NCBI GenBank assembly: GCA_039831155.1
Contig: JBDONT010000043.1
Location: forward strand, 224,001 to 288,000
Source of the DNA: Nautiliaceae bacterium
GTDB taxonomy: Bacteria; Campylobacterota; Campylobacteria; Campylobacterales; Nautiliaceae
Direction: 5' to 3'
DNA: 64,000 bases
This document shows, in pieces, positions 41,252 to 51,898 of this stretch. Position 1 is the first letter of the stretch, and each line of letters begins with the position of its first letter. The notes beneath the pieces are model-generated. The model worked only from the letters and a program-made list of their open reading frames with translations. It was not told the origin of the DNA and made no database searches. A program made the position numbers and the translations under genes.

Positions 41252-44200
41252 CTATTTATGCAACAGTTTTTTTCTTAAAACATAATAAAATATCGGTAAA
41301 TAAAAGAGATTTAACAACGTCCCCCACGCTAACCCGAATCCCAAAGCAATAGCTAAAGGTTGAAGAATAGCCGACTGACCGAACGGAAAAAACATCAGCG
41401 TAATTAAACCGAAAAACGTAGTAATTGAAGTTAAAAGTACCGGTCTTAATCTATGAGACGCAAATTCAAGCACTTCTTCGATATTTCTTGCCCTCTTTAT
41501 AAAATCTATCATTACAATTCCGTCATTTACCACAACTCCGGCAAGTCCCACTATGCCTATCATTCCAAGCATTGTCATATTCATACCCATAATCATATTC
41601 CCTATAATAACCCCTAAAAACGAAAGAGGAATAACGGAAATAATCACAAACGGCAACACTGCCGAATTAAACATCAGCACAAGAACCAAGAAAATAAGTA
41701 AAACGGCAACTACCATAGCCTCTTTTAAATCTTTCATAAACTCTTTTGAAGTCTTAGCGGCTCCCCCTATTATGATAGTATATCCATCTTTTTTAAGCTT
41801 ATTTAAAAGAGGATCCATTTTTTTATAAAACTCTGCCGTTGTTATAAGCTTTTTATTTAAAGTGGCATATACGGTCTTTGCTGCAATTCCGTCATATTTG
41901 TGAATTTTTTTAAAAGATTTAATAACTATAAAATCACACACTTTATCAAGTCTTATGTAAGAGTTCGTATTAGGAATATTTACCCTAAATTCTTTCAGCT
42001 CTTTAAAAGAATCTTTGTTTTTATCTTTTAAAAGAATCTTAACGATTCCGTTTTTATCAAAACTTTTATCAAATTCGGCTTCTGCAAAAAAGCCTCTTAG
42101 TTCGTTAAAAATCCCTACTTGAGTAAATCCTAACTTCCTTCCGTAAAGGTTTATTTTCAATTTAAGTTCATCAGCCCCAAGCTCTGCATCGTCATAGATA
42201 TTATAAACACCTTTAATAGTCTTTATTTTAGATTCAAGCTCTTTTACGGCTTTTATGATAGCTTCTTGAGATTTTCCACCCACACTAATTACGATATCAC
42301 TTTTAACAACCCCGGCTTGAGGTACTATTACGTTTAACTCTTTAAGCCCGGAGATTTTTATATGTTTAAAGTCGTTTTTAAACTCTTTCGCAAGTTCTTG
42401 GGCAGAGTGTATTCTTAATTGTTTTTCAATTTTTATAGGCTGAAATATAGGAGCTATGTATTTATTATAAAAATCGGTCGGTTTTTTATCGTTTAAATCC
42501 ACAAAAATATGAAAATAGTTCTCTCCGACATTCGTTTCACCTTTATTGTTCATCTGCATACCAACAACAGTCGTAAACCCTTCTACGTCTTTTCCTAAAT
42601 ATTTTTTCAAATCTTTTTCTATTTTGGTAATAGCTTTTGCCGTTTGAGTGATAGTACAATTACTCTCAAACTTTCCGTTAACGTATATTTGACTCGCATC
42701 AAAGTCCGGGAAAAGCTGAAATTTAGAGTGTTTCATCCCAACGGCAATCAAAACCGGCACGACAACTAAAAAGAAAATTAAAGACAAATACCTAAACCTA
42801 AAGAAAAAAGCTAAAGCTTTTTTATATTTTAAAGCAAACTTTTGCCAAAAAACATCTTTTTTTGAAGGTTCTACCTTTAGTATCTCTTTAGAATGAAGCG
42901 GTAAAAACACAAAGGCCTCAAAAAGAGAACTAAATATCAAAATAGTAATCATAACCGGCAAAATTTTTATAAAAACCCCTATTTCTCCTTTGATTAAAAG
43001 CATAGGTAAAAAGGCTAAAATAGTAGTCATAGCAGCGGCGACAACCGGCCAAAAGACTTCTGCCGTTCCGTCAATTGCAGCCTCGGTTTTACTTTTACCC
43101 ATTTGCATATGTCTGTAGATGTTTTCTCCCACAACTATAGCCTCATCCACAATCATTCCAAGTGCTATCAAAGCTCCTAACATCGAAAGTAAATTTAAAG
43201 AAAAATTATAATAATCAAGTGCAATCATAGCAATGGCAAAAGATGTCGGAATTCCAAGGGTTACTACTAAAGATATTCTCCAGTTTAAAAACAGCCACAT
43301 TATAAAAAACACTAAAATAAGCCCGAAAATTATATTACTAACAACCGTATTAAACCTGTTTCTAACCCATTTACTGGTATCGGTTGAGATACCGAAAGTC
43401 ACTTGAGGATGTTTTTGATGATACTCTTTTAAAAGTTCTCTTATTCTTTTACTAATCGCAATAGCATCCCCTCTCTCGCCTTTTCTAACGTCAATGGTAA
43501 TATTCGGAATTCCGTTATATTTTCCTATTTGAGTCGGAGTTGCGTATTTTTTTACTACTTTTGCGATATCGCAAAGCCTTAACTTTATCCCACCTACATT
43601 AATTATCATATTTTTAAAGTCTTTAATATCCTTAGGATACATTGAGATAAAATAGTGGGTTTTTCCTTCTATTTTCCCAACCGGAAAAATAGTTGAAACT
43701 TGAGAAAGAACGTTAATTAGTTGAGATTTGTTAATTCCCAAAGCTTCTATTTTCTGGTTATCAAGTTCTATATAGATGTTTTTGTCACTATCTCCTCTTA
43801 TATCGATTTGGGTTAAATCTTTAATTTGAGAAAGCAACTTTTTTACGTTATCTGCGTGTTTTAAAAGTTCGTCTTTCTTTAAAGTATCGCTTGCGATGGA
43901 AATAAACATCAAAGGAAACGCTTTTTTAGCTATTGTAACGCTAGGTTCGTTCATATCGCTTGGAAGGTCTTTTTTTAAATTGGAAGTTATAGTTTTAAAT
44001 TCACTTAAAAGTTCCAGTTTATTTGCGTTTGGTTTTAAATTTACAGTTACGGTAAAACTTCCGTTTCTTATAACACTCTCAATCGAAGAAACTTCCTGGT
44101 AAGATTTCAAATCATCCTCTATTTGAGTTACCGCCATTTTATCAAGAGTTTGCGGACTAGCCCCGGGATATGAACCTTGAATTAGAATTTTATCAAGGGT

Positions 44201-44323
44201 TGCCGGCGGAAAAAGCTCTTTTGCTACATTTTTATAAGCAATAAAAGAAGAGATAATAACAATCAAAAACAGTACGTGAGTAAAAACTGCATTTTTAATA
44301 AAAAACTCTATAAATTTTTTCAT
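41252..44323 (-). CDS. RND efflux transporter permease (AcrB family)
   Basis: 1023 aa, ALGMIVDEAIVVGENI, GVVVNDGIV, RLRPVLLTS.TT. Confidence 0.93.
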   Translation of the reverse strand: MKKFIEFFIKNAVFTHVLFLIVIISSFIAYKNVAKELFPPATLDKILIQGSYPGASPQTLDKMAVTQIEDDLKSYQEVSSIESVIRNGSFTVTVNLKPNANKLELLSEFKTITSNLKKDLPSDMNEPSVTIAKKAFPLMFISIASDTLKKDELLKHADNVKKLLSQIKDLTQIDIRGDSDKNIYIELDNQKIEALGINKSQLINVLSQVSTIFPVGKIEGKTHYFISMYPKDIKDFKNMIINVGGIKLRLCDIAKVVKKYATPTQIGKYNGIPNITIDVRKGERGDAIAISKRIRELLKEYHQKHPQVTFGISTDTSKWVRNRFNTVVSNIIFGLILVFFIMWLFLNWRISLVVTLGIPTSFAIAMIALDYYNFSLNLLSMLGALIALGMIVDEAIVVGENIYRHMQMGKSKTEAAIDGTAEVFWPVVAAAMTTILAFLPMLLIKGEIGVFIKILPVMITILIFSSLFEAFVFLPLHSKEILKVEPSKKDVFWQKFALKYKKALAFFFRFRYLSLIFFLVVVPVLIAVGMKHSKFQLFPDFDASQIYVNGKFESNCTITQTAKAITKIEKDLKKYLGKDVEGFTTVVGMQMNNKGETNVGENYFHIFVDLNDKKPTDFYNKYIAPIFQPIKIEKQLRIHSAQELAKEFKNDFKHIKISGLKELNVIVPQAGVVKSDIVISVGGKSQEAIIKAVKELESKIKTIKGVYNIYDDAELGADELKLKINLYGRKLGFTQVGIFNELRGFFAEAEFDKSFDKNGIVKILLKDKNKDSFKELKEFRVNIPNTNSYIRLDKVCDFIVIKSFKKIHKYDGIAAKTVYATLNKKLITTAEFYKKMDPLLNKLKKDGYTIIIGGAAKTSKEFMKDLKEAMVVAVLLIFLVLVLMFNSAVLPFVIISVIPLSFLGVIIGNMIMGMNMTMLGMIGIVGLAGVVVNDGIVMIDFIKRARNIEEVLEFASHRLRPVLLTSITTFFGLITLMFFPFGQSAILQPLAIALGFGLAWGTLLNLFYLPIFYYVLRKKLLHK

Positions 44324-44375
44324 CTATCCTCTTTTTTACGGGTATTTTACCAAAAATGAGTTAAATAGTAGTTAA

Positions 44376-44666
44376 TCAAAAAGAAAGCTTTTGTAGTTGA
44401 TTTTTAAACTTAATCTTTTCTATTTTAGAGACAAGCAAAGAGTGTTCGGCTTTTAAAGAGTAATATTCGTTTAAAAGTTTATTAATTTGAACGGATTTTA
44501 TATAAATATGAGACGAAATGTAAATTTTAGGAAATAAAAGTACAAGCGTAACCGTAATTGCAATTATAAGATTTCTAATAACCGAAAACGATATACTGTA
44601 TTCGATTTCCCCTTCTATACTATCAAGAAGTTGTTGTTTTTCTTTTACGGTTACTCTTTCTTTCAT
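44376..44666 (-). CDS. small bitopic membrane protein, FtsL-like by position and architecture
   Basis: Directly downstream of rsmH; short cytoplasmic N-terminus, one TM, heptad-like C-terminus. Confidence 0.55.
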   Translation of the reverse strand: MKERVTVKEKQQLLDSIEGEIEYSISFSVIRNLIIAITVTLVLLFPKIYISSHIYIKSVQINKLLNEYYSLKAEHSLLVSKIEKIKFKNQLQKLSF

Positions 44667-44667
44667 T

Positions 44668-45588
44668 TTAAGCCTTTAAAAATTCAAACCCCCTAAGCTT
44701 TGCACTTCTACTTCTCGGATTTCGTTTTATTTCTTCTTGTGTTGCCGTTATCGGCTTTTTAGTTAAGATTCTTCCTCTACTATTATTTCCTCCGCATTCA
44801 CATTTTATAACTTCCGGAGGACATATACATTTTCTCGACCACTCTTTAAATCTGTTTTTAACGATTCTATCCTCTAAAGAATGGAACGAAATTATACCTA
44901 AAACTGTCTTTTTTTTGACTAATTTTTCAGAATTTTCCAAAATTTTTTCAAGCTCGTTTAATTCGTTGTTTACTTCAATTCTTATGGCTTGAAAAATTTT
45001 AGCCAAATCTTTTTTACTTTTTATACCTATGCTCCCTAATATATCGGTAAGTTCTTTATTTGACTTTATAGGTCTTTTTGACATTATAGCTTTTACGACT
45101 TTTTTACTTTTCTTACATTCTCCATACTCTTTAATAATTCTCTCCAAATCTTCTTTCGAATAGAAGTTTAATACCTCTCTTGCACTAAGTTCTTGATTTT
45201 TATTCATTCTCATATCAAGCTCTTCACTATCGAAAGTAAAACCCCTTTCTTTATTATCAAGCTGATAACTGCTAACCCCTATATCAGCTAAAATTCCACT
45301 AATATTTAAATTTTTTTCTTTCAACTCCTCTAAAGCTTCACTTGCCCTTTTATTAATAAACATAATCCTGTCTTTAAATTTTGAGAGTCTTTTCTTAGCA
45401 AATTCCATAGCTTCTTTATCTTGGTCTATTCCTATCAATTTTATATTTTTAAAGTTTTCCAAAATAGCCTCGCTATGCCCCCCGAATCCTAACGTACAAT
45501 CTATAAAATAACCCTCGTCAATCATATAAGTTTTATAAAGATTAACGGTTTCGTTTAACAAAACCGGAATATGTGGTATATTTATCAT
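44668..45588 (-). CDS. rsmH: 16S rRNA m4C1402 methyltransferase
   Basis: HIPVLL, DCTLGFGGHS, DIGVSSYQLD, FQAIRIEVN, SFHSLEDR, NPRSRSAKLR. Start set at ATG 45588. Confidence 0.97.
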   Translation of the reverse strand: MINIPHIPVLLNETVNLYKTYMIDEGYFIDCTLGFGGHSEAILENFKNIKLIGIDQDKEAMEFAKKRLSKFKDRIMFINKRASEALEELKEKNLNISGILADIGVSSYQLDNKERGFTFDSEELDMRMNKNQELSAREVLNFYSKEDLERIIKEYGECKKSKKVVKAIMSKRPIKSNKELTDILGSIGIKSKKDLAKIFQAIRIEVNNELNELEKILENSEKLVKKKTVLGIISFHSLEDRIVKNRFKEWSRKCICPPEVIKCECGGNNSRGRILTKKPITATQEEIKRNPRSRSAKLRGFEFLKA

Positions 45589-45646
45589 AATTTTTCTCCA
45601 TTTTTTTGAACTTCTTGATATAATTGTATCAAAAAAGGGGCTTTTA

Positions 45647-46207
45647 TTGGTTATCAAAACAATTAAAGACGAATATAAATTAACCGCTCAACTGTTATAT
45701 GAAAAAAATATGTTAAATTTAGCGGTAGGTAGCATCTCTTTAAAAATAGAAAACGATAAAATGATTATAAACAACCAAAATAAATCGGTATATGAAGAAG
45801 ATTTTTGTAAAATAGTGCATATTAATAAAAAAGATTTATCATGGAAAGAAACATCAAACGATATCGAAATACACGCAAGAATTTATAAAGACATCTCTTA
45901 TGCCAAAACCGTTTTAAACGTGTTTCCTTTAAATATTATCACTTACTCATTGCAACATACTATGTTCAAACCCATTGATTATCAAGGTCAGCAAATCATA
46001 GACAAAGTAAAAATAATAGAAATAGGAGATATACAAAAGTGGGAGGAGAATAAAGAATTTATAATTACCAATCACCTAAAAGAAAAAAACATCGTAATAA
46101 TAAGAGGTTTTGGAGTCTTTATCATAGCAAGAGATATAAAAGAAGCGATAAAAAAAGCCATTATTTTGGAAAATTCGGCTACAATACTTTTAAACAATCA
46201 ACATTAA
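45647..46207 (+). CDS. class II aldolase/adducin-like protein (degenerate)
   Basis: GSISLK, S.DIEIHARIY, IIRGFGV pattern; the metal-binding His residues are not seen. Confidence 0.65.
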   Translation: MVIKTIKDEYKLTAQLLYEKNMLNLAVGSISLKIENDKMIINNQNKSVYEEDFCKIVHINKKDLSWKETSNDIEIHARIYKDISYAKTVLNVFPLNIITYSLQHTMFKPIDYQGQQIIDKVKIIEIGDIQKWEENKEFIITNHLKEKNIVIIRGFGVFIIARDIKEAIKKAIILENSATILLNNQH

Positions 46208-46216
46208 AGGAAAAAA

Positions 46217-47368
46217 ATGGTAATTTTCGAACAAGACAACCTTGGAAGAACTATTCTGGAAATCGTAATAAAAAACAGTGGAAGTATATACACAAAAGAA
46301 GGAGTGGCTTATTTTTTAACACATCTTTTAAATACCAAAGGAACATTAAACAAAAAAGAAAAAATCTACTCTTTAATGGAAGAGGAGGCAATTGAGTTTC
46401 ATTCAAGCGTAAATAAAGAGTTCTTAAGCGTTTCTATTAAATTTTTGAATGAAAAAGAGTTTAAAGCTAAAAAATTTTTAAAAGAACTTTTAACAAACCT
46501 AAATATCTCCGAAGAGTCTTTTGAAAAATCAAAAAAAGAGATTTTCGCAAAAATTCAAAACAAAAAAAATGATAACGACTACATAGCAAGTAAAAACCTC
46601 TTTAAAGCGATTTTTAAAAACACTCCTCTTGAAAAACCGACAATGGGAGAAGAGATAGAAAACTTAAATTTAAACGATATAAAAGAGTTTTATAAATCAG
46701 TTTTCGAAAAAGAGATTATCATCATAAACGGAGGAAAAAAAACCGATACAAAAGAGATTGAAACCCTTTTTAAAAACACTCCTTCAAAAGAACTTTTCTT
46801 TAGCCCGAAAAAAAGCGACAATGTAAAAGAGATAAAAAACGTAGAACAAAGTTATATCCACTTTGCCTCACCTTTTAACGTAGACTATAAAACCGAACTT
46901 CATCTTGCCAAAATTGCCGCTTTTATACTCGGTGCCGGAGGTTTTGGAAGTAGAATGATGGAAGAGATTAGAGTCAAAAGAGGCTACGCATACAGTGCTT
47001 ACGCTACAAATTCATTCAAAAAAAGCTACAAAATCTTAAGTGGATACCTTCAAACAAAACTTGAAAACACAAAAGACGCATTAAGCTTGGTAAAAGAGCT
47101 TATCGACTCTTTCCAGGAAAAAGGAATCACTCAAGAAGAGTTAACTCAAGCAAAACAATTTTTAATAGGAAGCGAACCTTTAAGAAACGAAACACTCTCT
47201 CAAAGACTTTTAAAAAAATTTAACGAGCATTATTTAAATTTGGAAGAAAATTACTATGAAAAAGAGTTAAAATTGATTCAAAACACCACTTTAGACGAAG
47301 TAAACGCATTTATAAAAAAACATAAAGAAATTAAAGATATAACCTTTTCTATAGTTACGAAAGAGTAA
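46217..47368 (+). CDS. M16 peptidase family protein, non-catalytic subunit type
   Basis: ILGAGGFGSRMMEEIRVKRGYAYS; no HXXEH (reads YFLTH). Confidence 0.85.
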   Translation: MVIFEQDNLGRTILEIVIKNSGSIYTKEGVAYFLTHLLNTKGTLNKKEKIYSLMEEEAIEFHSSVNKEFLSVSIKFLNEKEFKAKKFLKELLTNLNISEESFEKSKKEIFAKIQNKKNDNDYIASKNLFKAIFKNTPLEKPTMGEEIENLNLNDIKEFYKSVFEKEIIIINGGKKTDTKEIETLFKNTPSKELFFSPKKSDNVKEIKNVEQSYIHFASPFNVDYKTELHLAKIAAFILGAGGFGSRMMEEIRVKRGYAYSAYATNSFKKSYKILSGYLQTKLENTKDALSLVKELIDSFQEKGITQEELTQAKQFLIGSEPLRNETLSQRLLKKFNEHYLNLEENYYEKELKLIQNTTLDEVNAFIKKHKEIKDITFSIVTKE

Positions 47369-47369
47369 A

Positions 47370-49136
47370 ATGACAAAAGAGGATTTGGAAAAGCTAAAAA
47401 AAATAGGAGTAAAATCCCCTCTTGAACTTGCCTTAATAAAACCGAAAGAGTGGGAAGACAACTTCTTATACCCTTATATAACCTTTTCTCCTCAAGCATT
47501 TGAAGCCCAAGTATTGGAAATAAGAAAGTCAAAAGTTACAAGAGTTAAATTTTTCTTAAAAAACATCAACCAAATAATGTGGGGAGTCTTTTTTCAATTT
47601 AAAAAATGGCACGAAGGGGTCTTTAAAGAAGGAAATACCCTCTATATAAGAGGAGAAATAAGACAAAATCAGTTAATCCAACCAAAACCCATATCAAGAA
47701 TAAACGAAATTACCCCTGTTTACAAAACACCACTTAATCAAAGGACCTTAAAATCCCTTATCAAAAAATACGTAACTTTAAATAATTTATCACAATTACC
47801 TCAAAATATAGCAACAAGACTCTTTTTTATGCATTTTCCAAGAAACAAAGAAGACATAAACGAAAAAGAGATAACCTATGCCCTCAAATGGGCTGAAATT
47901 TACAACCACTTAAAAAAACTATCCTTTAAAAAAAAGAGTTTTCCATCAATTCCCGTTCAATCCGACCCTAAAGAATTTATAAATGCCCTTCCTTTTAAAC
48001 TTACAAACGACCAGTTAAAAGTAATAAAAGAGATTCAACAAGACATTTCAAAAAAGACTCAAGCAAGAAGAGTTATAATAGGAGATGTCGGAAGTGGAAA
48101 AACCATAGTAATGCTTGCAACTGCATTTATGGCAAAAAAATCGATTATTATGTGCCCTACTTCTATCTTAGCAAATCAAATATATGAAGAAGCAAACAAA
48201 TTCCTTAAAAAATTTAATTTTAAAATTACACTTGTTACTCAAAAAAGTAAATTCAAAAAAGAAGATATCCAAACCTCAAACCTTCTAATAGGAACCCACG
48301 CACTTTTATATCAAAACCTACCCCGAGTAAACGTCATAATGGTAGACGAGCAACACAGATTCGGAACAAATCAAAGGGCTATGCTTGAAAAATTAACATC
48401 ACAAGGAAATATACTGCCTCACTATTTCCAATTCAGTGCCACTCCCATTCCAAGAACCCAGGCACTGATTATGAGCAGTTTTGTTAATGTAAGCTTAATA
48501 AAAGAACTTCCCTTTAAAAAAGATATAAAAACTCAAATAATTTCAAAAGAGGACTTTAAAGACCTAATAAACCACATCCAAAATGAAATATCCAAAGGAA
48601 ATCAAATAGTAATCGTTTATCCTTTAGTGGAAGAGTCAAAAAACTTCAAATACCAAAGCATAGAAGAAGGAAAGGATTTTTGGCTTAAATATTTCGATAA
48701 AGTCTACATAACCCACGGAAAAGACAAAAATAAAGAAGATATCTTAGTAGAATTTAGAGAAAAAGGAAATATCCTTATTACGACAACCGTAATTGAAGTG
48801 GGAATCTCTCTGCCAAAACTAACTACCATCGTAATAGTGGGAGCCGAAAGACTGGGATTAGCCACACTTCATCAATTAAGAGGAAGAGTCGGCAGATACG
48901 GTCAAAAAGGGTATTGCTTCTTATACACTCACGATAAAAACAATAAAAGATTAAAAGCCTTCGCTTCAACGCTTGACGGATTTAAAATAGCAGAACTTGA
49001 TTTAGAGTTTAGAAAATCGGGTGATTTGCTTGACGGGAAAGCTCAAAGTGGAGAGAGCTTTAAATATTTCGATGAAGTAAGAGACCTCCATATTTTAGAA
49101 GAGGTAAAAAGATATCTTACTTCACATACTTCTTAA
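47370..49136 (+). CDS. recG: ATP-dependent DNA helicase RecG
   Basis: GDVGSGKT, DEQHRFG, SATPIPRT, TTVIEVG, LHQLRGRVGR, DGFKIAELDL. Confidence 0.95.
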   Translation: MTKEDLEKLKKIGVKSPLELALIKPKEWEDNFLYPYITFSPQAFEAQVLEIRKSKVTRVKFFLKNINQIMWGVFFQFKKWHEGVFKEGNTLYIRGEIRQNQLIQPKPISRINEITPVYKTPLNQRTLKSLIKKYVTLNNLSQLPQNIATRLFFMHFPRNKEDINEKEITYALKWAEIYNHLKKLSFKKKSFPSIPVQSDPKEFINALPFKLTNDQLKVIKEIQQDISKKTQARRVIIGDVGSGKTIVMLATAFMAKKSIIMCPTSILANQIYEEANKFLKKFNFKITLVTQKSKFKKEDIQTSNLLIGTHALLYQNLPRVNVIMVDEQHRFGTNQRAMLEKLTSQGNILPHYFQFSATPIPRTQALIMSSFVNVSLIKELPFKKDIKTQIISKEDFKDLINHIQNEISKGNQIVIVYPLVEESKNFKYQSIEEGKDFWLKYFDKVYITHGKDKNKEDILVEFREKGNILITTTVIEVGISLPKLTTIVIVGAERLGLATLHQLRGRVGRYGQKGYCFLYTHDKNNKRLKAFASTLDGFKIAELDLEFRKSGDLLDGKAQSGESFKYFDEVRDLHILEEVKRYLTSHTS

Positions 49137-50136
49137 ATAATTTGTCAAAATCCTCATTTTTTATTAACGAAAATGTTTTTGAATCAAGTTTAAACGCTAT
49201 TCCGTATCTTAGATTATGTTTATTGTCTTTTGTTACTTCACAACGGTATTTAGGAAGTGCGGTTAAAAACTCTTTAGCTATAGTTGTAAAAGGTGCTATA
49301 ACTTGTTTGGTAGTAAAATTAAAAGAATTTTCTAAATAATAAAAGGTCAAATAATCAAATTTTTTGTAATCTCCACTTTTATTTTCAAATTTCACTCTAA
49401 AATTTAATCTTTTTTTATAATTTGTATCATATTTAAAGTTAGAGACGATATTTAAATTAACTTTTTCAAATGATACGTCGTATTGAAGCAAAAAGTAAAC
49501 ATCCAAAAACATCTCTCTTCTTAAATATTTAGTATTATTTAAACTCCAGTAATTAAACCACTGACAACTTTTTCTCTCAATCTCAAAATATAAAGGTCCA
49601 AATTTAAAACTCCTACCATACCAGCTAAGACAAACTTTTTCACCTTTTACATTAATGTTAATATATTTAACAAATTTTTCAAGTAAAACTTTTTTTCATC
49701 TTCCGTTAACTCTCTATTTCCTATTACAATAAATTTTTGAGGAGAAGTTTTTAGAATTTTTGCTACTTTGCTTTTTATTTGAGACTCTTTTTTTAAAATA
49801 GAATTTATTTTAGTAGTTACTAAATTAACGATTTTTTCAGCTTCTTTTATTTTTTGAGGACTCACTTCGTCATAATAAGTAATATTAACTCCCATATATT
49901 TATTAAATTTCACTTTAATGCCGTCTTTTGAATATACAAACTCTCTGTAATGATTTTGAAGTACTTTACTTTTTGATAAATTTAAAACATCTTGATAAAC
50001 ATTTTCAGCTTCTCTTGGGTTTAAATTTTTATAATTTTCAACTTTTATTTTTTATACTCCCTCTTTACAACTTGAGGCTGACCGCAACCTATAAAATACC
50101 TCCCCCCACTATTAATAAAAACAGAAGTTTTCTCAT
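49117..50136 (-). pseudogene. putative lipoprotein gene broken by three single-base frameshifts
   Basis: ATG 50136 MRKLLFLLIVGGGI, then FIGCGQPQ in the next frame. Consecutive open frames join at ~50093-50107, 50048-50053 and 49690-49696 and run through both ORF-track fragments. Confidence 0.7.
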
Positions 50137-50138
50137 TT

Positions 50139-51440
50139 TCAATTCTTTCTTAATTGATAGGTAATATCCCCTGCTCCAAAACCTATAATTAATCCGTTGT
50201 CATAAGATTTAATGATATTTTTTTGCTTATCAGTTAACATAATATTTTTACTTTGGGTTTTTACTTTTTCAGCAAAAATAGGCTCGTACTTAGAAAACAG
50301 CTTTTCGAAATCTATCTCCACCCTCTCTTCCCCGGCTTCCCATACCGGCAAAATAACAAGCTCGTCAACCCCCTCAAAACACTCCACAAAAGCATCCAGA
50401 TTATCAATAGTACGCGAATATTTATGAGGCTGCCAAATTGCTATAATTTTCTCTATTCCGTTTAGCTTAGCAAAAGTCCTTACACTCTTTAGAGTAGCTT
50501 TTATTTCCGTAGGGTGATGACCGTAATCGTCAATTAAAATAAAATCATCCTCTTTTTGCAAAACATCAAAACGTTTTTTAATACCTCTATAGTTTTTAAT
50601 ATTTCTCTGAATTTCTTCTAAGGATATAAGCTCGTTTGCAGCTTCTATGGCAAGTAAAGCGTCTAAAACAAGATGTTCTCCAAATCCATATACTTCAAAC
50701 TCAAACCCTCTGTATTCAAAAATAGTCTTAGGCTGATTCTCTTTTATTTCGTATCTTATGTTCTTAGCATCTTTTAAAAAGACTCTTTTTATATCCAAAT
50801 CCAAGTTTTTAATAAACTCGTCATCTCCGTTTGCAACTCTAATTTGAGCCTTTTTTAAAAATTCTTTATAATGGGAATAAAACAGCTTTAAGTCGTGATT
50901 ATAAAACTCCATATGTTCGGGTTCTGTGTTTGTTACGATAGAAATATAAGGGTTTGAGTCTATAAAACTTCCGTCACTCTCATCTGCTTCAAACACCAAA
51001 CAATCACTTCCCGTGTATCTCATATTTGAGCCGAAATCTTTACTTTCCGCTCCTATTATAGCGTTTGTATCCGGCAAAATAGAAGCTAAAATGGCAGAAG
51101 TGGTACTTTTACCATGAGCCCCGCACACTGCCAATACTTTTTTATCGTTTACCACATAAGGTAAAAACTCTCTTCTGCTTAAAACCTTTATTCCTCTTTT
51201 TTTAGCTTCCACTATTTCCGGGTTATCAGGCTTAGCAACTGCCGTATGAACCACTATGTCTTGATTTGAAATATTACCGGCACTGTGAGGAATAAAAACT
51301 TTTATACCCTCTTTTTCTAATGCTTTAGTGATTTTTGTTTTTACAATATCACTCCCACTTACTATATGGGAGTTTTTTTTCATATATCTTGCAAGTCCAC
51401 TAAGCCCAATCCCCCCTATTCCTACAAAATGTATTCTCAA
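50139..51440 (-). CDS. murC: UDP-N-acetylmuramate--L-alanine ligase
   Basis: HFVGIGGIGLSG, GAHGKSTT, EADESDGSF, DDYGHHPTEI, QPHKYSRT, GAGDI. Confidence 0.97.
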   Translation of the reverse strand: MRIHFVGIGGIGLSGLARYMKKNSHIVSGSDIVKTKITKALEKEGIKVFIPHSAGNISNQDIVVHTAVAKPDNPEIVEAKKRGIKVLSRREFLPYVVNDKKVLAVCGAHGKSTTSAILASILPDTNAIIGAESKDFGSNMRYTGSDCLVFEADESDGSFIDSNPYISIVTNTEPEHMEFYNHDLKLFYSHYKEFLKKAQIRVANGDDEFIKNLDLDIKRVFLKDAKNIRYEIKENQPKTIFEYRGFEFEVYGFGEHLVLDALLAIEAANELISLEEIQRNIKNYRGIKKRFDVLQKEDDFILIDDYGHHPTEIKATLKSVRTFAKLNGIEKIIAIWQPHKYSRTIDNLDAFVECFEGVDELVILPVWEAGEERVEIDFEKLFSKYEPIFAEKVKTQSKNIMLTDKQKNIIKSYDNGLIIGFGAGDITYQLRKN

Positions 51441-51898
51441 GAGCTAAACTCCTCTTTAAATTTATCTCTGTATTTTTCTACAAGTACATCTATTTTATCG
51501 TCAAATTCGGTAAAAAACATATCTTTATAAACTTTATGCGTTTTTACATATTTTTCAAAGAATTCATCCAATCCAAGCCCTGCTAACATTCCTATTACGA
51601 ACATACTAAACATCTCTTTAAGTTTTTTATCATCAACCAAATAAACCATATCATACCCCACTGCTTTTGCTTCATCTATTGCACTCTCATCCCAAAGTTC
51701 AAGCATATATTCAAACATAGCCCTAATTGCAGCGGCTTCCTCCGGATTATTTACATCAAGTGTTTTTTGATTTTCAATTTTTTCATTAATTAATTTAAAA
51801 GTCTCTTCCAAAATCCCTCTAAAAACTTCATTAATTTCTTCATCCCTGTTTTTATTCATCAACTCTTCTAATTTTTCATATTTTTTTACAATACTCAT
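51437..51898 (-). CDS. hypothetical acidic helical protein
   Basis: 153-aa ORF with 4-nt overlaps to both neighbours. Confidence 0.75.
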   Translation of the reverse strand: MSIVKKYEKLEELMNKNRDEEINEVFRGILEETFKLINEKIENQKTLDVNNPEEAAAIRAMFEYMLELWDESAIDEAKAVGYDMVYLVDDKKLKEMFSMFVIGMLAGLGLDEFFEKYVKTHKVYKDMFFTEFDDKIDVLVEKYRDKFKEEFSS

